From Marsupella aquatica (Eukaryota; Plantae; Marchantiophyta), in assembly GCA_973895155.1 (NCBI GenBank), contig OZ316891.1, forward strand, positions 10,789,875 to 10,853,874: 64,000 bases of DNA. The letters are read 5' to 3'. The notes beneath the pieces are model-generated. The model worked only from the letters and a program-made list of their open reading frames with translations, was not told where the DNA came from and searched no databases. Shown here piece by piece: positions 47,227 to 59,323 of the stretch. Numbering within the stretch: the first letter of the stretch is position 1; every line of letters starts with the position of its first letter. The position numbers and the translations under genes were made by a program.

Positions 47227-50200
47227 TTGAAAGTACATTTCGTTGTCTCATCTGCATTACTTTTATTATCTCATGTGCATGTTTTTGCCTTGTCTTGACA
47301 TCTTTCCCCCAACTTGACGTCATTGCTTCTCCTTGACATCTTTGCCTCTCCTTTGCATCTTTGCCTCTTCTTGACATCTTCTATATGCAATGCATGTGCA
47401 TCAGGGTAGTTTAGCATAAAGGAGCACCAGCATGACATGACTATCATTGTAATTTTAAGGTTTTTCTTGGTACCAAAGTGGCTAATGTCACTTTGTGTGA
47501 AGCACCACATGTCACCTTGTGTGAAGCAAAAAATGTTAGGACTATTATTCATAGCAAAAGTTGTCTACTTAGACTAACTTATGACTATTAGATTTTGGCT
47601 AATGGGCCTCTGGCTAGTTGAGGAACTGGGTTATGGAAGACCAAAAAACCTGACAGATTCTGGCTTATGGGGTCAGGGAGCTAGGTGTGAAATTGGCAAT
47701 TGGAAGACAAAAAACCTAGCAAATTTTTGGGAAAGTGGTTAGAGAGGTCTAATCTAGCTAATTTAGTGCCACCAGGAAAACCTGATGACTATCTTGACTT
47801 CACCAGTACCGTATTCAGCTTTGTTGAGGTCTTGTTGAGGTCTAGTGTACCTCTTGTCCCTCGCTTCTTCCCCACCTATCCATCTCTAGGTCGATTAGTT
47901 CAAGTGAGGATGGAATTGCTATAATTGTGGTAAAATCCCACCTAATTTGCTGAAAAGGATATTTTTTTGGCTTTATGGTTTAATTTTTGATTTGTCCTAC
48001 AAGAGTTTTTCTGATTTGTCTTTACATCCATGTGAAATCAGATGATGCCCCATAAACAGTTATTTTGTTCTCATCCCAATTTTAAAGATAACCTTTTCAT
48101 GTTTTCTACGGTTTGATAATGGCACAAAAGAACTACGTCATGCCCCTCAACGAAAAGGATCATGAGGCCAGGTTAAAAGATAGAACCTTATGATTGATCT
48201 ACAAATGCACTCCACACCACTGGGTCACTCGTATGGATCTGGGAATAGGAGTGCGTCAAGTTATTCATTCAGTCTGTCATCCACACCAAGTTAATCAATT
48301 AATATTTTACGCCTTTGTTCTGGATTCTGTACAACAACAGTTTTGTCAAGAGAGCTCCAATTTGTCTATAAGGGCCAACCGAGCAAAAGAGTCCAGGACA
48401 ACACTACCCACAAAGGTAAGAAAGGTGGATTTAAAAAAGGAAAAGAAAAAAAAAGCAAAAGATTCCAGGACACCAAACTGAGAAGATCATTAGTGGCAAT
48501 TTTGGCCAAAAGTGGAAAAAACATTTCATTGAGGTCAAATTTGGCAGATTTTTGCCTAAAGACCTGCTGACTGGGCTTATTTCAGTGACATGGAATTTGA
48601 TAGATTTAACGAAAAAACTGCTGGATGTTAGACTCTACCTCCTCCCATTGACCGGATGACCGGACCAGCCGGTCATCCAACACCACTATATGTATAAACA
48701 TTCCAGACTATACAGAGATCATTGCATTCTTATCATCACACGTTATCAGCACGTAGCTCTCCACACGAGCAATTGTTTTTACTAGAGAAAAGCCCAGATT
48801 TGAATTGAATGTTGATACATTTGATGTAAGGAATTACCAAACTCAGCAAGCTAGGCTACGGCGTACCTTTTGCAAGGCTATGGCGAAAGAGTCGAGGTCA
48901 TTCACCTAATTAAGTCAATGTTCCGACATGACCTTGCAGAAACAATCATCGGCCAATGCCTAAACTCCCAGAAGACGGAATATCGTCTTCAATAGACTGC
49001 CCCTTTAAGCATATCAAAATCGCTAGCGTGAATCCTATTTTTCGAGAAAATTGCACACCTTCTATCCGAACCGTTTACGAGAATTTCCTTCGAGACTTTC
49101 CTTCTTGCAGCCACAGCGAGAGACAAGGTTAAGAAATTGACACTGAGTAACGTCTGAAACGAGGTGAGAATTGGATCGTCGCTCATAGGCGGAGGAGAAA
49201 AGCTTACGAAGGAAAAAGTGAGACTCGTTCTTGGGCAAAGCGAATCAAGATCCTCGGATGGACCCTTCCGAAAAAGAGATGACAAAGTAACAGAAGCAGT
49301 TTGAGAGATTTTTTCGAGGGGAAATAGAGATTGCAAGAAGGTCAAACAGCGAAGCAGCAGAGGCGAAGCAGATGACTTGCGAGTGAAGCCGAAGAAGCTT
49401 TCGGAAGCGATGATGAAGAAGGGAAGCCCGAAGTTGAAAGAGAAGTAATAGAAGCAGATAAAATGACAATCAACATAGCCATGGCGAATTGAGCAATCGA
49501 GCGGTGAATCCATAAAGACAGGAATAGAAAAGAAGGGAACTCTTTCAGGAGGAACCCTTCACCGCACCGTCGAACACCAGCGAAAGAAGCCGAAGCTTCA
49601 TCAAATAAGACAAGGCCTCGAAAAATTGCAGACCAAAGACGAATCCACCTTCAATAATTCGAAGCTGTCATCAGCCTGAAGGAGTAACAATCGAAAGCCA
49701 AAGATTGGCGCAGCAACGAAGCCCCAAAAGCCACAGCGAAAAAGGGAGCATCGATCAGCGAAAGGGCAGCATCGATTGAGGACCAACAAAAAATGCAGAA
49801 AAGACACATTCAGAGAAGGACCGAGGCTGCCAAGCAAGCACAACCGAAGATTGAGCATAACAAGGAGGTGTCAAATTGCGCAACAATGCAAGGAAGAATA
49901 ACGAGGGAAACCCGATAAGCAAACTACCCTCCTTAATTGCACAGTTTTACAAAGTCATTTCCTGCACACAAAGAAACCCATGCACTTAACCATCTAAGTG
50001 CAAATAACCGCAAAACCTTCATAACTGCGCACCGTAACAAAGAAAACTCAACTATACAAAGCCGCATGTGCACTTAACCAGGGCACGAGTAAATCATCAC
50101 CTATAACTGCACAAACTGCAAAACTTCATTACTGCACAATCCAACAAAGGAAAGAGCAAATACAAAGGAAACTTTGCAGTTAACCAAATAACAAGGAAAA

Positions 50201-50362
50201 CCTAAATCCTAAGTGCAAACCCTAAAATTGAATTCCGAATTTTCATGCTCTCTACACCCAGCCCCACTTTGCATGCCGCAGAAATGTGCTTTGTCGATTT
50301 TTACTATACTTACTAGAAAATAAGCCCCAATTACCATTAAAAGGAACCAAGCCACCACCCCG

Positions 50363-51508
50363 ATGACCAACCTTGAGAAATTAACTTTTCCAGCCCTAGA
50401 AATCGATGGTAACAACTACCTAGAATGGTCCATGAACCTCAAAGAGAACCTAACCTCGCTAACCCTACTCCCAACTATAGGGATAGCTCAACCCATACTA
50501 GCTGGCGAACCCCAACCAGACCCGTTAACCAAAGCTAATGAATCCAAGGCTCTAGTATTCCTTAGACGCCATATCCATAGATTCCTGCAAAGACAATACA
50601 TGCACCTCTCAACCCCTCGTGAACTATGGACAATGCTCCAGACCCGATTCGACCACCAAAAACTGGTCGAACTACCTAAAGCCAGGCAAGACTCGCTAAA
50701 CTTGTGGGTCCAGGACTTTACCTCTATTTCAGCCTACAATAGCGAGCTCTTCAGAATCACTTCAACCCTCGCACTCTGTGGCGAGCCAGTCACAGACAAG
50801 GATCTGCTAGAAAAGACCTTGTCCACGTTTCACTCATCGAACGTGTTACTATCAACACAGTACCAAAACATGAAGTTCGGGCAATACTCTGAGCTCATAG
50901 CCCACCTCCTAGTCACAAAAAGAAACCAGGAGCTTCTTTTAGTTAACTCTAGAAAACGCCTTGCGAGCACATTGCCCTCAGGAACACACAGTGAAACCCA
51001 TAATATAGAAAACGCTGAACCCTCCACATCAAGGCAGGGCATTAAGCGCACTAAGAATGGCAACCGGAGAAACACCCACAACAGGGGGAGTTTCTTTAAC
51101 CAACGTCCACAATATAATTCCCGACGGACCTTTAGAGGACGTGGAGGACATGGAGGACAAGAAGGACGTGGAGGACGTGGCGGACGTGGTGGATGCGGAG
51201 GACGCGGCGGTGGAAGAACATGTAACAACAACCGCAGAAATGATTGGTCACAACCCCGACAACAACGGGAACGCCCGAAATGCCATGAATGCGGCATGAC
51301 AAACCACCTAGTGAGAAACTATAGAATCCCGCAACACCTTAGAGAACTATACCAATGGTCCCTCAAGGATGGACAAACCTCTAGGGCACCACCCCGTGAA
51401 ACTCACGGGGCGTTTATGGAGTCTAGCGACCCATTCGAGGACTTTACAGATCCACCTGTCCAACCCGAGGCACATTTAGTGGCGAGTAGCTCCACAACCC
51501 AGATCTAA
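50363..51508 (+). CDS. gag: Bianca-type Gag (381 aa, RGG-rich, degenerate zinc knuckle)
   Basis: Open ORF with KALVFLRRHI, LLEKTLSTFH, an RGG tract and CHECGMTNHLVRNY. Confidence 0.85.
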   Translation: MTNLEKLTFPALEIDGNNYLEWSMNLKENLTSLTLLPTIGIAQPILAGEPQPDPLTKANESKALVFLRRHIHRFLQRQYMHLSTPRELWTMLQTRFDHQKLVELPKARQDSLNLWVQDFTSISAYNSELFRITSTLALCGEPVTDKDLLEKTLSTFHSSNVLLSTQYQNMKFGQYSELIAHLLVTKRNQELLLVNSRKRLASTLPSGTHSETHNIENAEPSTSRQGIKRTKNGNRRNTHNRGSFFNQRPQYNSRRTFRGRGGHGGQEGRGGRGGRGGCGGRGGGRTCNNNRRNDWSQPRQQRERPKCHECGMTNHLVRNYRIPQHLRELYQWSLKDGQTSRAPPRETHGAFMESSDPFEDFTDPPVQPEAHLVASSSTTQI

Positions 51509-51519
51509 ATAGTCCAAGC

Positions 51520-54500
51520 ATATGCATTATTGACAGTGTGACCACGCATACTATCCTCCGGGATAGACACCTTTTCCACAAGATCACACCTTCACGTAGA
51601 TCACTGACCACTATCAATGGCCCTAGCCAAATAGAAGAGGGCTTTGGCCCAGCTTCCATTAGACTCCCACAGGGTACATAAATCCATATAGAATCTGCTA
51701 TTTTCGCCCCGAACGCAACCCGTAATCTACTCAGTTTGAGAGATATACGAGCAAATGGACTCCACGTCCAGACAGGCGATACAAGAGACCAAGAAGTAAT
51801 CCACTTGGTTGAAAATACCCCTACGGGGAAAATCATTAAAGAAACCATTTTCTCATACCCATGCGGGTTTTATGTAACTCAAATTGAATACTTGCATAAC
51901 AATGCACAACCAAGCGAATTGCCCGTGCTTTGGCATGCACGCCTCGGCCACCCCGGCCAATCCATGCTAAGCAAAATCATTAAGAATTCAAGAGGCATTC
52001 CAACCAATACACGCCACATTGCAGCTAGCACCCCATGCACTGCATGCTCACGCGGTAAATTAATAACAAGGCCCACGACATCAAAATTGTCAACCAAAAT
52101 ACCCAAATTCTTGGAAATCATTTATGCAGATGTTTGCGGGCCAATTAACCCACCAAGCGGACCTTTCCGCTACTTTATGGTATTAATCGACGTATCAACT
52201 AAATGGTCAAATGTGACCCTGCTTTCAACGAGGAACATGGTTATGCCTCGCATCTTGGCGCAAATATTGCGCGTGAAGGCACAATTCCCAGATCACCCCA
52301 TTAAGACACTTAGGGTGGACAATGCAAGAGAATTCATATCTGAAACATTTGATGACTTTTGTACATCACTTGGCATTGACGTACAATATCCCGTACCCCA
52401 CGTGCATTTCCAGAATGGATTAGCTGAAGCTATCATTAAACGCCTTCAGCTAATTGCATGCCCGCTACTAATGCAGTCGAAACTCCCCGTCTCAGCATGG
52501 GGACATGCCATATTACATGCTAATGCATTAATTCAATACCGCCCATCAGCTTTTAATACCTATAGCCCATACCAAATTGCTAACGGTATCAAACCCGATC
52601 TATCCCATCTTCGTTCATTTGGATGTCAAGTAATGGTCCCCATTACTCCACCCAAACAAACCAAGATGGGACCCCAACGACAATTGGGGATATACATCGG
52701 ATTTGACTCCCCATCCATCATAAGATATATGGAGCCTATAACGGGTGACGTTTTTAAAGCTAGATTTCTAGATTGCCATTTTGATGAGCATATTTACCCA
52801 CCACTAATAACCCCTACACACCCACAACCACCTTTGGAGTGGGAAAGACATTCGCCATTTTGGCAAGACCTTAGAACCAATCAAGGGGAGAAAGAAGTTC
52901 AATGAATTTTGCAACTCCACAAGATTATGGAAGAACTTCCCGACGCTTTTGTTGATACATCACAAGTTAGTCGCTCACATATTCGAGCTGCGAGAGCATC
53001 TGCTCGCATCAAATTATCAAGTGAGCCAGCAAGTACATCCCAGCCTCATACCAAACGTGGCAGACCCTTGAGATCAAAAGATAAACAACCAAGAAGACGT
53101 GGTTCATCTATACCCCCTTCACCTGATGTCGATCATACTGAATCTACAACTCATGAAGAGGTCTCTATCCACTACGCACACACCGGTGCGATGTGGGATA
53201 GAAATACTACTTCAATAGATGATGTTTTTGCATTAATGGTGGCAACACATATCACTGACGATACACCCGAACCAATATCCATCTTAGAATGCCAAAACAG
53301 ACCAGATTGGCCTGAATGGCAAAAAGCTATCAACGGAGAATTAGATTCCCTACTAAGCAGACACACTTTTGGCCCAGTTGAGCCACACCGCAAGATGTAC
53401 ACCTCATTGGCTACAAGTGGACCTTCGTTCGCAAAAGAAATGATAAAGGCCAGGTTGTACGCTACAAAGCACGTCTGGTAGGGAAAGGATTTACCCAACA
53501 ACCGGGAATTCATTACGATGAAACTTACTCACCGGTTATGGATAGCACAACATTCCGATACCTTATCGGATTTGCCATTTTCCATAAACTACAGATGCGA
53601 CAACTGGATGTTTCGACCGCATATCTATATGGAACTTTAGACACTTGTCTATACATGCGATCACCTCCCGAGTTGGAGCAACGTCGCCGAGCTTTAGCTC
53701 AAGGCGCTAAATCGCATATTCCATATTTACATAAGATTATAAAACAATTATCTCAAGTTACACCTCATGTATCATCTACACATGTAACTCATAACAATGA
53801 CACCCCTGTGTCAACCGTACGGAATACTTGCCGTGGACTAGCTATCTGCGTGTTGAAGGCATTATATGGCGTGAAACAAAGTGGCAGAGTATAGTATCAA
53901 AGATTCATGGATGAAATGATTGCCATGGGTTTTTCCCATGATGCAATTACCCCATGTTTATTTATTAAACATATGGATGACGAATATGTCATCGTTTCTA
54001 TTTATGTCGATGACTTAAACATATTTGGGACACCCCAAATTACAGAAGATACTATTACTCGTCTTAAATCAATATTTGAGATGAAAGACCTTGGACATAC
54101 AAACTTTTGCTTAGGCTTACAACTGGAGATCTTACCTACTGGCATGATGCTCCATCAAACAACACAAACCGAAAAGATCCTAAAACAGTTCAATATGAAC
54201 CTAGCACACCCATTGACGTCACCAATGGTAGTACGTTCATTAGAAAACAATACTGACGTTTTTTGCAAGCGCGAAGAAGATGAACCAATATTAGGACCAG
54301 AAACTCCATATCTTTCTATGATAGGAGCATTAATGTATTTAGCAAATCAGACCCGACCAAAAATTGCATTTGCAGTTAACTTACTAGCTAGACACAGTGC
54401 AACTCCCACAGCCAGACACTGGAACGGAGTTAAGCACGTATTTAGGTATCTGCGTAGCACCACCGATACATGGTTATTTTACCCATTTTGTACAAACCAT

Positions 54501-55025
54501 GAACTCATAGGATATGCGGACGCCGGATATCTTTCCGACACTGACACCACAAAATCCCAAACCGGATATGTTTTTACTATTGGGGGTACCGCTTTTTCTT
54601 AGAAAAGCATGAAACAGACCCTAACAGCAACCTCATTGAATCACTCAGAAATCTTAGCCCTACACGAGGCTAGTCGTGAAGCCGTTTGGTTACGATCCTT
54701 TATAAATCACATCAACACCAAATGCGGCCTACCACCACTAACGAAGCCTACTAACATTTTTGAGGATAACGCAGCATGTATACAGCAGATCACGAAAGGA
54801 TTCATCAAAGGCGATCGTGTGAAGCATATAGCTCCAAAGTTCTTCTACACCCACGAGTTACATGAAACAGAGATCAACATTTTACAAATTTCAAGTGCAG
54901 ACAACTGTGCGGATCTCTTCACCAAATCACTATCGATCGCCAGCCGTTCATCACCGACACTGCCAGGCGATTGGACTGCGGAGCGTACGACGCATGATGA
55001 CCGTGGAAGCTGCTACTCCACATGA
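51520..55025 (+). pseudogene. pol: Bianca Pol (PR-INT-RT-RH) with several stops and a frameshift
   Basis: CIIDSVTTHTIL protease; LWHARLGHPG; ADVCGP and LRVDNAREF integrase; YVDDLNI RT; GYADAGY RNase H. Stops near 51678, 52903, 53892 and 54600; frameshift near 53390. Confidence 0.9.
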
Positions 55026-56198
55026 CAATTGATGCTGCTGACGACATGATGCTGACGACCTACTGTTGCGACAAATGTTAAAGCTAGATTTACTATAGCA
55101 TCTAACTTTATTTAATATTGATATTTATTATGACGAGGACTGTTAGGCTGCACTCTTTTTCCTTTAGCACTCATATTTTTTCTCTGTTACACTGGTAGAG
55201 TTTTTATTTAGCTAGAGTTGATAAAGGTTTTTTAACGAGGCAGTCTACCTCGCTTGTACTTATGTCATGTATTTCCTATGAACATGATATAATAGGTATA
55301 GTCTATGTTGTTTATATAGTTGTCACTATATATACAAAGGGGAGTGTTAGACTCTACCTCCTCCCATTGACCGGACGACCGGACCAGCCGGTCATCCGAC
55401 CCCACTATATGTATAAACATTCCAGACTATACAGAGATCATTGCATTCTTATCATCACACTGGACTCTCTGCTGCTCTTAGAATTGTTTTTTCATCAGAT
55501 GGTACCTCATTCAAAGTTGGTTGACTTATATATGGCATGTGCAGCAAGCTCTGGTCAATAGGGTAGAGGAGGCACTCAGAAAAATGCTGATTTGGCTGTA
55601 CCTTTGTATGAACCTATCTGTCAGCATTTTTTTAATGGCAAAAATTTGTTAAATTCCACCTTTGCAAAACGTTTTCTCCAAGGTTGGTGAACGTTGACTA
55701 GGTTTTGTGTTTTCCATAAGCCAGTCTCCCACCTAAGAGCATCCGCACCCATGAGCGGTATATCTGCCCGCTATTTGCTAAAGTGGCGAGGCAGTTTGGC
55801 ACTTGCTATACCAGCCACCAAAGGCAACCGGGAGGGTTCCCCACCCATCCCACTAAAACCCCCCGCCAATTTTTGACCCGGGTTCGAACTGCCTGCCCCC
55901 ATCCAAGTTCAGCATTCCTGTACCCTGTGCAAAATTGCGAGCACGGCTGCAACTTTGCGCTTGACAAGGCCTGACCACCATAGCTCCAGAGCTTCAATCA
56001 ACACCATAGCGCCACAGTTTTGATTGATACCTGCCCACCATAGCTCAAGAGCTTCGATACAATTTTAATGTCATCCATAGCTTCAAAGGTTGAAGGCGAC
56101 AAAGTGTAGTATTAGGGCTTGGACGGAAACTTGCAGGTCTATTGCTGTTGTTCTGGTTCTATTTCGCGATTGCTGCCGTTGCATGCTGCCATTTGAAC

Positions 56199-57392
56199 AT
56201 GACCTCTCATGATGATTGGCGGGCTCAATTGAATCAGCAGATTCAGGATGAATTGAAAGAGCTTGAACAAGAACAAACGTGGTGGGAGAACACCACAATC
56301 TCTGGACCACTAGCCCTCATGGAGTTCTACAAACGACACAGGAGCAAGAAACGAAACGAGGTGGATCTTTGCCTGGAAAAAGCAAGAACATTGATCGAGA
56401 AAGAGAGCTTGGGCATGACAGAATTTGGAAAGACTATTTTTGAGAGAATCCAATATACACTGAGGCCCATTTAGGAGGCGCTACAGAATGAGAATACATC
56501 TCTTCTGGAAAATTCATGATTCAGTGTGTGAAACTGACAATTATTCCCTCCATAAATGCATGAAATGCTGCTGGAGTGAATGGCCTTTCCTCAATTCGGA
56601 AAATTACAGTTAGTAGCATTGAGACAACTTTCACTTGGAGTTTCTGCAGATGCCATGGACGAATATTTCCGGATTGGGGAGACAACAACTATGGATTCTT
56701 TGAAAAAATTCTGCAGAGCTGTTTGACAAGTTTTTCAGGGGAAATACTTGAGGCAATCGGCCAAGGAAGACATGGAGAGACAACTGGAAATCAATGAGGG
56801 GAGAGGATTTCCTGGTATGTTTGCTTCATTAGATTGCATGCATTATGTGTGGAAAAATTGCCCTATTGCGTGGCAAGGCCTCTTTACAAACAAGGACAAA
56901 CAGAAATCAATTGTGTTGGGAGCAATTGTAGACTAGTCTCTGGATCTGGCATGCATATTTTGGTCTCCCTTGAGGCAAAAATGATTTGGATGTTTTGGAC
57001 AGGTCCCCACTGGTGAACAATCTTTTGAGAAGTGACGCTCATGATGAGTTGAAATTTATTGTGAATGGATAAGAATAGGACCAATATTACCTCCTCACTG
57101 ACGGGATCTATCTAGATTGGTCCATCTAAGTTGTGCAAACTATACCATTTCCACAGGGTGAAGCAAGGAAGTGGTTTGCCCAATGCCAAGAAGGTGCATG
57201 AAGGACGTTGAGAGAGCTTTTGGTGTGCTGCAAGCTCATTTTAGCATTATCCTGAGTCCTGTCTGGATCCACAACCATGTTGTGATCAAAGACATCCTTC
57301 TTGCTTGTGTAATTCTTCATAACATGATAAAAGAAGATGATGTAAGAAGTTGTCAGCTCCAGACTAGACCCTGGGCCCCCACTCTTAGGTAA
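56199..57392 (+). pseudogene. PIF/Harbinger DDE transposase, disrupted
   Basis: RGFPGMFASLDCMHYVWKNCPIAWQG; WIWHAYFG; DGIY; KDVERAFGVLQ; LACVILHNMI. Multiple stops and frameshifts. Confidence 0.88.
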
Positions 57393-58264
57393 TACGGGTC
57401 GGACGTGAGAACGATTCAAGGGTCACTTTTATTCATTTTGAGGTAATTTTTAGAAATCAGTTATAACTACGCAACTCACATTTTTATGGTAAACATGACA
57501 TATAAGTAATCTAGTGTATTGAATATTTGGTCAAGATTAGATTTTTGGAAGGGGGGCTCTAATAGGTAGTGACACACGTCATCATATTAGTGGGCCAGCT
57601 GTCAACACATACTTGATACAATGTTGCCAAATAGGCATATATAGAAGATGTTCTTCTTCTTGTCATGAATGCATATTGCAAAATATGTGTATATTGATAG
57701 ATATTCTTCCTTCTCAAAGAGTATGATTCATAAAATGTAGCACATTGGGATGCAAGCATTTTGTTCGATGTGACATGTAAATTTTTGCTTTGATTTGAAG
57801 AAACATGTAACTAAATAAGCATAATTATAATCCTTCAAATTAACATTTTATAATAGTCTAAAGGATCGAAAGTATTGTCAAAAGTATCATTTTTTAAAGT
57901 AACAAGGGAAATTTTTATTGAGCAAAACATAATAACGAGGGGTACCAAGGGGGGGGGGGGGGGGGGGTTTGTTCACAGGGGGTATATATATTTTATTGGG
58001 AGTGGGGGCCCAAGGAGACTGGACAACAATGCGGAACATGAGAGCTCTCAATTTCACACTATACCAACAAGACATCATGATCATGGAGAAACTCCTGAAG
58101 GATCAATAGCTGCAAAAAACCTGAAATGTGGGCTACAAAATGTCCACGATACTACTCAACTGGACTGCCCAACCATCCACCATCCTATTAAATTGGACTG
58201 CCCCTTGCTATTGCTACTCCCCCTGACAATTCACCCATGAAATAATTCTCATTCTCATTAGGGC

Positions 58265-59250
58265 TTAAGACTTTTGGAGTCTAGGTTGTTTCTGGGACAC
58301 TAGGCTGGTGAAAGTTGCTAATTGGCACTTGAGGTGTGGTACTTGTACATCTAGAGGCTCTGGCAGCCTCAGCCTCTTCCTGCTCAATTCTCTATGCAAA
58401 TTTGGTAAGCTCTCTGGCTCTGCAAGCTCGAAAGTAATCTCTGCATTTGTTATCCACATCTGTAGCCCTTCATGCTGAACAAGTTGTGTAGGCTCGATCT
58501 GATCTTCCAAGATCTTCAGCCGTTTGGTTTTGGTGGCTCCCGTAGTGGCTACCATATTCCACTGTGCATATGCTGCAATGGAAAAAGCACACTCCTCAAA
58601 TCTAAGCTTCTTGGCTGACTTGTTGCAAGTTTGAGCTGTATTCAACTCCATCTACAGTTGAGTGACCTGCACCATGTTGGGTAATGATTTCTGTTGGCAA
58701 ATGTGGTGTTGGAGGCACATTCTCTTTGTCTGGTCCGTGATCCACCTTTCTGCTTGCTCTGGGATTTGCCCTTCCCCTTTGGGATCCCCTTTGATGTCAT
58801 ATCATCCACTGCCTGAGAAAATCGTGGACAGTCTTTGAGCATATACCAACAGTCTATGAAGGCGTTCCCCCTTCCCTTTTGCATTCTTCTGCTGATATAA
58901 TTCCCATGCTTTTTGCAATGGATCTTCATGATTTGCTCCCAACAGCCTTGCTCCCGACAGCCTCAGATCCTCAACCGCACCATATGAACCACAAAATTTT
59001 GCAACATCACATTTGAGGTCCTGCCACTTGCTCTCCAACGATCTTGCTCCCCGCTCTTGAGTCCCTTTTGGTCAGTGGTGGTTGTAGTGAGCAGCTACAC
59101 GGTCCCAAAATTTCCATGAGGAATACGTTGTTCATTAAATTCAATCAGATTGATTCTTTTAATCTTTTCCCTTTATTGCATATTCGCTTGTGCACCACAA
59201 AATTTAATGAGATTGATTCCTTTCTCCTTATCGCAGATTCGATGGACCTT
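58265..59250 (-). pseudogene. Harbinger ORF1 (Myb-like/NAM-associated DNA-binding partner), disrupted
   Basis: ESKWQDLKCDVAKFCGSY..LRLSG..AWELYQ and AFIDCWYMLKDCPRF occur in shifted frames. Confidence 0.7.
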
Positions 59251-59323
59251 TTGCATAAAAAAGTAGTTGATAAGAAAGTTCAATCAGATTGATTCCTTTC
59301 GCCTTGGCTCTAGATGTCTGCAC

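Larger units (their letters stand above)
48626..55459 (+). mobile_element. Full-length but degenerate Ty1/copia, Bianca lineage
   Basis: 115-bp LTRs (48626-48740, 55345-55459; 3 mismatches). TSD CTGGA. PBS CGTTATCAGCACG (48741-53). PPT AAAGGGGAG. Gag begins MTNLEKLTFPALEIDGNNYLEW, typical of Bianca. Confidence 0.93.
55737..59323. mobile_element. Decayed PIF/Harbinger DNA transposon, right TIR not found
   Basis: TAA|GAGCATCCGCACC left end. Convergent transposase (+) and Myb/NAM-associated ORF (-) remnants. Confidence 0.8.

Noticed and set aside
50830-51297. Pro/Arg-rich 155-aa ORF
   Set aside because: It is the antisense shadow of the RGG tract of Bianca gag.
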